64,000 nucleotides of DNA, taken from an uncultured Planctomycetota bacterium. Its GTDB lineage: Bacteria > Planctomycetota > Planctomycetia > Isosphaerales > Isosphaeraceae. A program made the position numbers and the translations under genes. Positions 12,239-21,987 of the stretch are shown one piece after another. Positions within the stretch are counted from its first letter, which is position 1. Each line of letters begins with the position of its first letter. The DNA lies in NCBI GenBank assembly GCA_963845755.1, contig CAWJTV010000043.1:56683-120682 (forward strand), given 5' to 3'. Below the pieces are notes generated by a model, which saw only the letters and a list, made by a program, of their open reading frames with translations, made no database searches and was not told the DNA's origin.

Positions 12239-12374
12239 CCGCTCGTGGGGCCGCCCTTTAATCAACTGAGTGGCTGTTGTTACCGTCACGATCGCATTTC
12301 TGATACGTCACATTTTCAGATCAGATCCGTGGATTCGGTCTCGTTTCTGCATCAGTTCCCAGGGAGTACGATCG

Positions 12375-13475
12375 ATGAAGAAGATCATTCGCAAGAGAAG
12401 GAGAGCCCTCGGCTTCACGCTGATCGAGCTCTTGGTCGTCATCGCGATCATCGCCGTCTTGATCGCCCTGCTGTTGCCCGCCGTGCAGGCGGCTCGCGAA
12501 GCGGCCCGGCGTGCTCAGTGCACCAACAATCTCAAGCAGTTGGCCCTGGCCGCCATGAATTACGAGAGTTCGAACCAGACGTTCCCGATGAGCGACTGCA
12601 TGGGCCGGAACTGGCAGAATCCTTCGAGCCTCATCCGCCAGGACGCCGGGGAGCTCGTTCGGTTGTCGCAATTCTTCGAGCAGGGCAATGTCTTCAACGC
12701 CTGGAACAGCAGCGTCATGATCTATATGTATCCGAATAGCACCATCTGCGGCATCGGGATCACGACCCTGTGGTGTCCGAGCGACGGAGTCATCGCCGGC
12801 CTTCGGTATCCCGGTATGCAGGGGGACGGTTGGGATTGCTCACCGATCCCGTCGACCTTCAGTAGCTATGCCGGTAATCTGGGCCCACTGATCTACCAAT
12901 GGAATGATCCCTCGCTGAATACCATGCAAGGGGTTTTCGCCCATAACGGCACCATGGTTCCGGGGTACAGCCCGCAAGTCAGCACCTTCCCGCCCGTGAG
13001 GCTGGCTTCGATTACCGACGGCACGAGCAATACCTTTATTTTCGGCGAGCACGCCCATTCTGAGATGGTCACCCAGAATGGTGACATCTACGGCTTCAAC
13101 TGGTGGACTTCGGGCGATTACGGCGACACCACGTTCTCCTCGATATTTCCGCCTAATTTCTTCTCGTCGGATGCCCAGACCTTGTCCGTTTCATCGGGTG
13201 GGTCTAGCCTGAACCCTCCGCCGCAGATCTTCCCGCGGCAGAGCGATTTCTCGGATACGGCCACCAGCATGCATCCCGGCGGCGCCAACTTCGCGTTCTG
13301 CGACGGATCGGTGCATTTCATCAAGAACTCGGTCAACTCGTTGAATCCACGCGCCATCACGGGTAGCAGTGGGAGCACCGGCTGGGTCTATAACCTCAAC
13401 GGTCAGAGGTTCGGTGTATACCAGGCCCTCTCGACCCGCAACGGCGGCGAGGTCATCAGCTCCGACTCGTACTGA
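12375..13475 (+). CDS. DUF1559 domain protein with prepilin-type N-terminal cleavage/methylation motif
   Basis: [65 protein letters not shown]. Confidence 0.95.
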   Translation: MKKIIRKRRRALGFTLIELLVVIAIIAVLIALLLPAVQAAREAARRAQCTNNLKQLALAAMNYESSNQTFPMSDCMGRNWQNPSSLIRQDAGELVRLSQFFEQGNVFNAWNSSVMIYMYPNSTICGIGITTLWCPSDGVIAGLRYPGMQGDGWDCSPIPSTFSSYAGNLGPLIYQWNDPSLNTMQGVFAHNGTMVPGYSPQVSTFPPVRLASITDGTSNTFIFGEHAHSEMVTQNGDIYGFNWWTSGDYGDTTFSSIFPPNFFSSDAQTLSVSSGGSSLNPPPQIFPRQSDFSDTATSMHPGGANFAFCDGSVHFIKNSVNSLNPRAITGSSGSTGWVYNLNGQRFGVYQALSTRNGGEVISSDSY

Positions 13476-13516
13476 GGCCGCAACCGAACCTTCGTATGAC
13501 GCCGGCAAGGACATAG

Positions 13517-13566
13517 GTCAGGCTTTCCCGCCTGACGTCCTGTCCTGTCAGGCGGGAAAGCCTGAC
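13517..13566. repeat. REP-like inverted doublet between convergent genes
   Basis: GTCAGGCTTTCCCGCCTGAC-N10-GTCAGGCGGGAAAGCCTGAC: perfect 20 bp inverted repeat, each arm itself a short hairpin. Confidence 0.8.
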
Positions 13567-13655
13567 ATACGTGAGGATCTTCCTTACCGGCGGTGATACT
13601 TGACGCATCGCGAGCCCGGGGAAGGCTCCTGCCCTCCTCGGGCTCGACGTCGCGT

Positions 13656-16634
13656 TCATGGCGGATTAGCGGAATTCGCCGACGGTCTCCGGCCGGTTTC
13701 GCGGAAGATCTCCTTCCCTTCTTCGATCACCAGGATGCGATTGGCGGCCAGATCCGTCCAGGATTGGACGGTGCCGGAGGGCCAACGGACCTCGAGCCGA
13801 TCGACCTGCGCGGCATCGCCCAGGCCAAACCAGAGTCGCGGATCGTGGGCGGACAAGTAGCCGGTGCCACTGGTCATCCACCGGACCTGAGTTCGGTGCC
13901 CGATCTGGCAGGTGACCCGAGTTCCCACGGGCGTCCGGCCCGAACGGGTCCCGCGTAACTGGATACCCAGCCAGTGACCGCCCTGCGCCCGGTTCCACAG
14001 CAGGACCGCCGGTGCGTCTCGATGGATGACCAGCAGGTCGACTCGTCCATCGTTATCCAGGTCCCCGGCTGCAACGCCCCGACCGACGACTCGGCGCACG
14101 AAGTAGGAGGGTTCCGCCGCACCGGCCACCTCGAAGCGACCCCGATCCCGCCCCCAGAAGAAGAGCGCCGTCTGGGCCATGGGACTATTGGCCCACGGCC
14201 GATGATCGACATGCCCGTTGGCCACGAACAGGTCGAGACGGCCATCGCGGTCGGCGTCGAATGCCGCATCGCCGAAACCGGTCTTGGGACGACTGGGAGC
14301 AGCAAGGCCCGCGCCCAGCGTCGCGTCAATCCATAAGCCGCTGCCCAGGTTGCGGAACAATGTACTCGACTCGTTGACCAGGTTCGTGATGAAAAGGTCG
14401 ATGCGACCATCTTCATCGAGATCGTCGGCCACCACGCCCATGCTCGCCGTCGGCAATCCCGAGCCATTGGTCGCGACCCCAGCCTCCGCGCCGATTTCCT
14501 CGAACCGCCAGCCGCCCCGGTTCCGGAACAGGAAGTTCGGGTTCGCGTCGTTGGCCACGAAGATGTCGAGTTTGCCGTCGCCATCGAGGTCCGCGATCGC
14601 CAGTCCCAGTCCACGGCCGTTTTCCCCGACGAATCCCGACGATTTAGCGACCTCCGTGAATGTCCCATCACCATTATTCCGATAGAGCAGATCCGATTGC
14701 GCCGGATAAAAGCCGGGCGAGCAATGAATCGGCCGACCGGCGTGATCGCGGCACGCTCGCTCGTCGTCGAGGGAGACCTCCACATAGGCGACTACGACCA
14801 GGTCAAGATCACCATCGCCGTCGAGATCGCCAAAGCCCGCCGCGGTCGTCCACCGGTCCGAGAACACTCCGGCGGAGGACGTCACATCCTCGAAGGTCCC
14901 ATCGCCGCGGTTCCGGTAGAGGATTGTCCCCCTCAAACCGGTCACGAACAGGTCATCGTCGCCGTCATTGTCGTAGTCGCCGATCGCGCAGCCCATGCCG
15001 TATCCCTTGCCGGCGACGCCTGCGGAACCGGTCACGTCGCGAAAGGTCCCATCGCGCTGGTTGCGGTACAATGAGGTTGGGTGCGGGAGGGTTAAGGGTG
15101 TCGAATGGCAGCGCACACCCGTTGACCAGATAAATGTCAAGCCAGCCGTCCGCATCGAAGTCGATCAGGCCGACTCCGCCGCCCATGGTGTCGGCGATGA
15201 AGAGCCGGCGGTCGACGGCGCCGCTCTCGTAATAGTACGTGATTCCAGCGGCTGCGGCCCCCTCGACAAAAGGTGGTGACTGGACCTCGGTGCCCAGCCC
15301 AGGAGGGGAAGTTCGAGGGATCCTGGCGCACGATGGTTCTCGAGCCGGCGCTGCGGGCGTGAGGATCCGAGAGTGCGAACGGAACGGCCTCCTTCGCTTG
15401 CCACTGCGCCAGTTGTGTCCGGAGGAGTTCACGGCTCGGGTCGACCTTGAGCGTCTGTTCGTACCACGCGTGCGCCTCCGCAGTGAGCCCCGACTCGAGA
15501 CATAACCGGCCAAGTTTTTCGAAGAGATCCGGATCCGTGCGCCGGGCCGTACGGCGAAGCTGCTGATGCTCGCGTCGGACCCTTCGAACCTGATCTTCGA
15601 TTCGGCTCGCCCGCTCCAGATGACGCTGGGCCGGCTCGTCCCGACCGAGTCGCTTCAACGTCTGCCCCAACCGGTAGTGGGCTTCGCGACTCATCGGATT
15701 CAAGGCGACGGCTCGCTCCCACGACGCGATCGCAGACTCTGGCCGATCGGCGCTCTCCTCGATCCGGCCTCGAAACAACCACCATTGCGCATGCGTCGAC
15801 CGGTTCGCTCGGGACTGTTCCAAGGATAACATCGGCGACCACCGGTTCGCCGAGCATGATGAGGCACTCGGCCAGGGCGAACCGGCCGGATGGGTCGTGC
15901 TCCAGTTGCTGGGCCGCGGCTTCCAGGTGCGGACGGGCCTGGCGAGGATTCCCCTGATAGAGTTGAGCCATCCCCCAGGCGCGTCTCAGAAACGGATCGT
16001 CAGGGGTCTGGGCAACGAGCAACTCGAGTTCCGGGGCCAGGCCGCGGACGTCCTCCTGTTCGAGGAGCAGTTCCAGGACAAGGTCAACCAGTACGTTGGG
16101 ATCCTCACGAATCCGATAAATCTGCCAGAGGATGCGCCGGGACTCCGCGGGCCGCATCTCGAGGCCGAACAAGTAGAGCAGATTTCGACGAGCCTCGATC
16201 TCTCCTGCATCCCGTTCGGCGACACGCCGGAAGCTTTGCTCCGCGTCGGCGGCATGCCGCTCCTGGATGGCGAGCAAACCCAGCGCCATCTCGGCCTGGG
16301 CCCAGCTCGGGTCTGTCTCTGGGACGGATCGAAGCAGTTCGACGCCCGCATCGCGATGGTGGGCCTGCAACTCGACCTTTCCCAGCAGGACCCGCGATTC
16401 TCCGTGCTCGGGATGGTCAGCGATCCACAGTTCGAGGCGGGGTTTCACCTCCGGCCACCGGCCGCCCTTGGCGGAAGTCTGAATCTCGTCCCAATCCGTC
16501 GACGACGTGGACGAACCTCGGGGCCGGACGACGCGCACGATCGCAGCCATCCCAATCGCGAGCCCGACCGCGGCCAGAACGATCGTCAGACCCCAGCGAA
16601 ATGCATGACCTCGGCGCCGAACGTCTTGCGGCAT
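13656..16634 (-). CDS. TPR + FG-GAP/ASPIC-UnbV (CRTAC1-like) protein, indels at ~15790, ~15330, ~15072
   Basis: Four consecutive ORF pieces give TM anchor, TPRs, MGGGVGLIDFDADGWLD, FG-GAP repeats, GYLSAHDPRLWFGLG and EVRWPSG. Confidence 0.85.
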
Positions 16635-16883
16635 CGGTTCGCTCTTCCCCGGAGTTCCATTGATAGGACGTTGATCCCAGATTACAGTCGGTGTGAACGT
16701 TTTGCCACGACTCTGAGCGTCTCGAGAGGGTTCTCACGATTGGGTTGGAGTCTCGGGTCCACGGCGCCGATGGTGAAGGCATCCGGCTGAGAGCCCCTCG
16801 GATCGGCGGCGCGCTCCTGATTCGGATGGACGGAGAAGTCGGTCAGACCAGACAAAGGGCGCGACTTTTGGTAGGAATCAGAC

Positions 16884-17396
16884 ATGTGGCTCTCCACTCG
16901 GAAGAACCTCTCATTGGCACCTCTCTGCGGAGCGTTCCTTCTTGCCGGCTCTACCTTGGCCAGGGCGCAGGCGGATCTCTCTGAACGATCGTTGGGGGGT
17001 TACGGAGCAATCGCGGCTCAAGCGATGCCGGAAACGCGCGGCTCACTGATCCCCTATGCGGGCGGATTTGCCGGCTTCATGCCATATCGCATGAGCGGCG
17101 GCGGCGAACTTGCGATTCGGCCGCGCGGGGCCCCGTCGATGCGGCCCGTTCGGTCCTCATTCAGCCTCGCCACCGCATCCGGAGGCATGGGAATGAGCAA
17201 CCGATCTTCGTTGAGGTCGGGGCCTCAACGTGGAATGGCCTCGCTCGCCATCGGGATCGTATCGAGTCCGGGAATGCCGCCGTCAACGTCACCAATGTTC
17301 AACATGAGCGTCATGCCGCCTCGGATCGGTTACCCGTTCCGCGAGCCTCCCAGGCCGGGATCGTCCACATCGGTGATATCCATGCCGATGCCATAG
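16884..17396 (+). CDS. Hypothetical secreted Met/Gly/Pro-rich protein
   Basis: Signal peptide ending LARA; C-terminal MPPRIGYPFREPP; RBS-like AGGA upstream. Confidence 0.55.
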   Translation: MWLSTRKNLSLAPLCGAFLLAGSTLARAQADLSERSLGGYGAIAAQAMPETRGSLIPYAGGFAGFMPYRMSGGGELAIRPRGAPSMRPVRSSFSLATASGGMGMSNRSSLRSGPQRGMASLAIGIVSSPGMPPSTSPMFNMSVMPPRIGYPFREPPRPGSSTSVISMPMP

Positions 17397-17403
17397 GACG
17401 GGA

Positions 17404-18997
17404 TCAGAGAGGTCTCGCCGGCGCGTTCCCACGCACGGCCGGGACCGTCGACTGGAAGGGCCCCGAGCCGCTCGGCGGCGGCGCGGAGGTCGAACCGGAA
17501 GCCGGCACGGGTCCACTCGGGATCGGGTGCTCGGTCAGGTGGCAACCCACGGCGCGTTCCAGCAGCGCCATCGCCTTGCCGAGCTCGGCCTCGACCTGGG
17601 CGATCTGGACCTGGACCTGGAGGACTTCCCGGATGGCCGAGAGCAGCGTTGCAATGTCGACATTACTCCGGGCGTAGTCGCTCTTGGCCAGCTCCAGCGT
17701 TTCCTTGGTGCGAGGCAAGATCGTATCGCGCAGCAGATGGACGACGTTTCGCTGGACCTTCGCTTGCACGAGCAGGTCGTAGATCTCGCTGAACGCCGCG
17801 TCCTGCTGGGCTTCGAACAGCTTGGTGTCCGCAAGGGTGCGCTCCCGCGCCTCCAGGACACCGGCTCGATACTTCGCCTGATTGACCGGCAGGTTGAACG
17901 CGACGAAAAGGCCCACGTTCGGCGAGCCGCTCGCCGTGGGAGAGACGGCGTTCTGTCGGGTCATATCCATGTACGTCAGGCCGAGCGTGACGTTCGGCAA
18001 CGCCCGTTTCTGGGCAAGTTGTTCCGCCTTCTCGTCGCGGGCGATCGATTCCAGCCGCCCTCGGAGCTCGGGCCTGATGGCCAGGGCCATCTGGTAGAGC
18101 GGATCGACTTCCATTGGCACATCCGCAAGCGTCACCTGGGGGAGTGTGCCTAGATCGGAATCGGGATTGACGTGGATCTGTCGGGCCATCGCGGCACGCG
18201 CCGTGGAGATCGCCTGCTGATAGCTCGCCAGGTCGCGATCCAGCTCGCTGATCAGAACCTCGGCCTTGATCACGTCCTGCTCCGCTCCGCCAGCCTTGAG
18301 CCGACTCGCGGCGACCGACCGGAACACGTCGAGGATTGTGCGGGTGTCAGCCAGGATCTCCGCGGTCTTCTGGTTGGAATAGAGGTCATAATACGCCGCG
18401 CTTTACGGCCGTGATCGTGTCGAGCTGCGCGGCCACCAGCTCGACCACGGCGATCTGCACGTCCTTCTCGGCCACTTCGCCCCGGAGCCGAAGCGTCCCG
18501 AACCACGGGAACTGCTGGGCGATCGTCAGGTTATAGGGGTTATATCCCATCAGCGAATACTGCGGTGCAACGCTGGGGATCGGGAAGACGGTGTTCGACG
18601 CGACGGGATCCTCGAGCGCGGTGACCTGCGGAATGCGATACTTCAGCGATTGGACGTTGTGATAGGCCGCCTGGACCGTCCGATTCTCGGCCAGCGCACG
18701 GCGGATATAGGCGTCAACAGGCTGCGGACCGGTGAGTTCGGAGGGAGCCGGTCCCGGACTCGATGCAACCGCTGTCCCCACCCGAGGATGAGTCGCAGAA
18801 TCCGACCCTTCAATGGACGTGTGATCGCCAAAGATCTCGGCCGGTTGGGCGAGGATCGACGCCGGTGCGGGCTGGCGCGGAGCCTGTGCGCATCCGAGCA
18901 CGCTCGCGGCAAGCGCGATCCAGAGGCCGGGACTCCGACGTCGCCGCACGATTGGCCTCCCAGCCGGGCCGTCGCGATGCGCGAACCACCCGCGCAA
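17404..18997 (-). CDS. TolC/CusC-family outer membrane efflux lipoprotein, indel at ~18395; start approximate
   Basis: Lipobox VLGC, PQVTALEDP, QQFPWFGTL, coiled OEP repeats, LERAVG. Confidence 0.85.
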
Positions 18998-19188
18998 CCG
19001 GCAACACCGATTCGATCGCTCTATTCTCTACTATCGGCAAGGTCATCTCTGGGTGTGATGATCTTTCTTGCTGGAGGAAAGAAGATCCCGAAGCAACGAT
19101 TGACAGCCGACGTAGAATCGTTTAGAGAAAAGCGCTTTCGATGGTCCCGTCTCCTGCCTTATCTGGGCGGATCCCCTTTGGTGCGACC

Positions 19189-19638
19189 ATGACGACTCGT
19201 CGCGAACTACGGCTCTCCTGGATCGCCTTCGCGGCGATCGTCGGGATGTCGTGGTCGCCGGGCGACGTCAGCGGCGGAATGGCGGGAGCGACATCGAAAG
19301 CCCGACTGCGAAGCTGCTGTATTGGGCGCCGCTGCACATCGAGCTGCTGCAAATCTGCGGACCGCTCGTCCTGCCCTCCTTCGACACTTGCTTCGACCCA
19401 CCGAGGCTACTCGATTCGGGAGGGTGGCTGCGCGTGCCGGTCGAGGGAGCCGAACACTCCAGCCGCGAAGTCTCAGCCACGACCGACCGGACGACGTGTG
19501 GATCCCGACGGCGGTCGTGCCTTCGTTACAACGATCCCAGGTCCTCCTGCAACGTTCCACTTCGTACGTCTCACTCCGCCCTCCGGTCGCCCGCCGGAGG
19601 ACCCGCTCTATCTCCGCACCGGCCGACTCCTGATCTGA
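19189..19638 (+). CDS. Cys-rich secreted small protein (DUF2946-like leader) upstream of cusB
   Basis: Signal-like N-terminus, CC-x4-C-x3-CC and CxC clusters, C-terminal PPSGRPPEDPLYLRTGRLLI. Confidence 0.6.
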   Translation: MTTRRELRLSWIAFAAIVGMSWSPGDVSGGMAGATSKARLRSCCIGRRCTSSCCKSADRSSCPPSTLASTHRGYSIREGGCACRSREPNTPAAKSQPRPTGRRVDPDGGRAFVTTIPGPPATFHFVRLTPPSGRPPEDPLYLRTGRLLI

Positions 19639-19705
19639 TACGCTTCCCTGCCTGTACAAATTGATGTCGTCGAGATCATAAACAGGCCGCGCGTGCGGGC
19701 GGTAA

Positions 19706-19826
19706 GAGTCTGTCCCAGAAGGGGCCGGGCCGGGCGAGCGGGGGGCGTCAGCCCACTGTCGTGGAGGTCCGTCGCTTACCGGACAGGGGGCTGACGCCCC
19801 CTCGCTCGCACTTCTGGGACAGACTC
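19706..19826. mobile_element. 121 bp MITE/REP-like palindromic element
   Basis: Perfect 16 bp terminal inverted repeats GAGTCTGTCCCAGAAG / CTTCTGGGACAGACTC enclosing a second IR (GCGAGCGGGGGGCGTCAGCCC...GGGCTGACGCCCC). Confidence 0.7.
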
Positions 19827-19858
19827 AAAGTCCACACCGCACACTGGGAGCGTTCCCT

Positions 19859-21472
19859 ATGACTCTTTCCCGACCCTCGGGGCCGGCGGAGTTCCACGAT
19901 GCCGCCAGCCCGACCCTGACGCGCAGGCAGAAGCTCTGGCTGGTCGTCAAGGTGGTGGAGATCCGACTCCGGTTCGTCGCGTTGATGGCCGCAACAGGGT
20001 TCGTATTCGCTTACTGGGACGAGATCTGGAGCCGATACGACAAGTGGACTCGGCCGACCGTCGAGCGAACGATCGCGGCATCCGGCATCGAGTTCTACTG
20101 TCCGATGCATCCCCACGTCGTTCAGGAGGAGCCGGGCAGTTGCCCGATCTGTGGGATGCCGCTCGCGAAGCGCCACAGAGGAGAGGCGCAGGCACTCCCC
20201 GCCGGCGTGCTCGCCCGCGTGCAACTGGCTCCGACACGGATTGCGCAGGCGGGGATTACGACGACCGCGGTGTCCTACGCCCCGCTCTCGCAGAGCGTGA
20301 CGACCGTGGGATACGTCGCCTTCGACGAACGACAACTCGCGACGATCGTTTCCAAGGTCCCCGGCAAGACGCGCGTGGAGAAGCTGCACGCAAATTACAC
20401 GGGTAAGGACGTCGTGGCGGGGGAGGCACTGGCCGAGCTTTATAGCCCCGAGCTGGACCAGGCGTTCCAGGAGTTGCTCACCGCCGCCCGGCGCACGGAT
20501 GAGGACACCGGCCGGCTTCGCACGGCTGAGGCGCGATCGTTGTTCGGCGATCGGAAGGAGTTGGTACGACTCGCGTCCGAGAAGGTCCGCCGGTGGGGAA
20601 TTACCCAGGCGCAGATCGATGACCTCCTCAAGACCGGCAAGGCCGACGCCACGGTCCCGGTTCTCTCGCCGATCGGCGGTCATCTGGTCAAGAAGAACGT
20701 CGTCGAGGGGCAGGAGGTCCCGGAGAGCTTCCCCATGTTCGAGGTCGCCAGCCTGCACACGGTCTGGGTGCAGGCCCAGGTCTACGAGCACCAACTGGCA
20801 CTGGTTCGCGAAGGACAGGAGGTTCGTGCGACCGTCGACGCGTTCCCCGGCCAGTCATTTCCGGGCAAGGTCGAGTTCGTCCAGCCGCACCTGGACCCCA
20901 TAACGCGCACCGTCGAGGTCCGTTTCTCACTCGACAACCCCGGCCACAAGCTTCGGCCCGGCATGTTCGCGACCGTGACGCTCGAGGCGCCGGTATCCGA
21001 CCTGCCCGCCTTCAAGACCCGTCGAGCCGCGGCCCAGCCGTCGGACGGCCCGCTCCATTTATTGAACCTGACCGTCGAGAAGCAGCAGGACTGCCCGGTC
21101 ACCAAGGCAAGGCTAGGCTCGATGGGGCAGCCGCTCGCGGTCGAGGTCGAGGGAGGCAAGGTCTGGACCTGTTGCAAGGCGTGTCCACCGAAGCTCAAGG
21201 CCGCACCCGCCAGGTACCTGGCCCGCCAGGCGCCTCCGCCTCGCGATGAGGTGCTCAGCGTTCCCGAAACCGCCGTCATCGACACCGGCACGCGGAAGAT
21301 CGTCTACGTTGAGGTCGAGCCCGGCGTCTTCGAGGGCCGCCAGGTGGTGCTGGGGACCCGCGTCGGCGATCGCTTCCCCGTACTGGAAGGACTGGAACCC
21401 GGCGAGAAGATTGCCGCTGCCGGCGCATTCCTGGTGGACGCCGAAAGCCGGCTCAACCCGCCCGCTCGGTAA
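19859..21472 (+). CDS. cusB: CusB-type RND periplasmic adaptor with heavy-metal-binding and YHS-like domains
   Basis: YCPMHP...PGSCPICGM, LRPGMFA, CPVT...WTCCKAC, VIDTG, FLVDAESRL. Confidence 0.9.
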   Translation: MTLSRPSGPAEFHDAASPTLTRRQKLWLVVKVVEIRLRFVALMAATGFVFAYWDEIWSRYDKWTRPTVERTIAASGIEFYCPMHPHVVQEEPGSCPICGMPLAKRHRGEAQALPAGVLARVQLAPTRIAQAGITTTAVSYAPLSQSVTTVGYVAFDERQLATIVSKVPGKTRVEKLHANYTGKDVVAGEALAELYSPELDQAFQELLTAARRTDEDTGRLRTAEARSLFGDRKELVRLASEKVRRWGITQAQIDDLLKTGKADATVPVLSPIGGHLVKKNVVEGQEVPESFPMFEVASLHTVWVQAQVYEHQLALVREGQEVRATVDAFPGQSFPGKVEFVQPHLDPITRTVEVRFSLDNPGHKLRPGMFATVTLEAPVSDLPAFKTRRAAAQPSDGPLHLLNLTVEKQQDCPVTKARLGSMGQPLAVEVEGGKVWTCCKACPPKLKAAPARYLARQAPPPRDEVLSVPETAVIDTGTRKIVYVEVEPGVFEGRQVVLGTRVGDRFPVLEGLEPGEKIAAAGAFLVDAESRLNPPAR

Positions 21473-21505
21473 CGGAACGATCGCAAACGATGAAAGGGCC
21501 CGACG

Positions 21506-21802
21506 TCAAGGCTGCACTGCCTGCTGAACGGCCGGCATCAGATCGATCAACTCCTCGATGCGAAGCATGCGGATGTCCCTGACCGATGCCGCAAACCACA
21601 AAAGGCTGCGTGCCAGATCCATCGCCGCCAGGACGCATGTCACGGCGTTAATATTCGGCCCCCCGAAATAGACGCTCCCCTGCTGCCATGAGAAACCGTG
21701 ACGCTGGAGAACTCTTCGGATTTCGTAATACGCGTTGTTGTAGGGATCACCATAGTTATTCTTCAGGGAGTCAATGTCCAAGTCGAAAGCGATGGCGTAC
21801 AC
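21506..21802 (-). CDS. vapD: VapD family nuclease (Cas2-like fold)
   Basis: MYAIAFDLD...NNAY.EIR..L..HGF.WQQGSVY...WFAASVRDIRMLRIEE; GTG start with GGAGG RBS. Confidence 0.9.
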   Translation of the reverse strand: MYAIAFDLDIDSLKNNYGDPYNNAYYEIRRVLQRHGFSWQQGSVYFGGPNINAVTCVLAAMDLARSLLWFAASVRDIRMLRIEELIDLMPAVQQAVQP

Positions 21803-21987
21803 GCGTCCCTCCTTGGAAGTGATGGAATTGAACTCTTCGGGGCTCGGAAGAACACTCGGTCTTGGGAGTAGCTGGGCGCCATGCCAGTACCTCGGAGTGA
21901 TGGTTTTCGAACGATTCGGACGATCGCCACCGGAGTCATTATCGTAACCGAAGGCCGTTTCGACGCCAATCTGGGAAGGCGATTTCC

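Noticed and set aside
21506..21802. Cas2 / CRISPR-Cas locus
   Set aside because: The protein has VapD-specific motifs; no cas1 and no repeat-spacer array anywhere in the window
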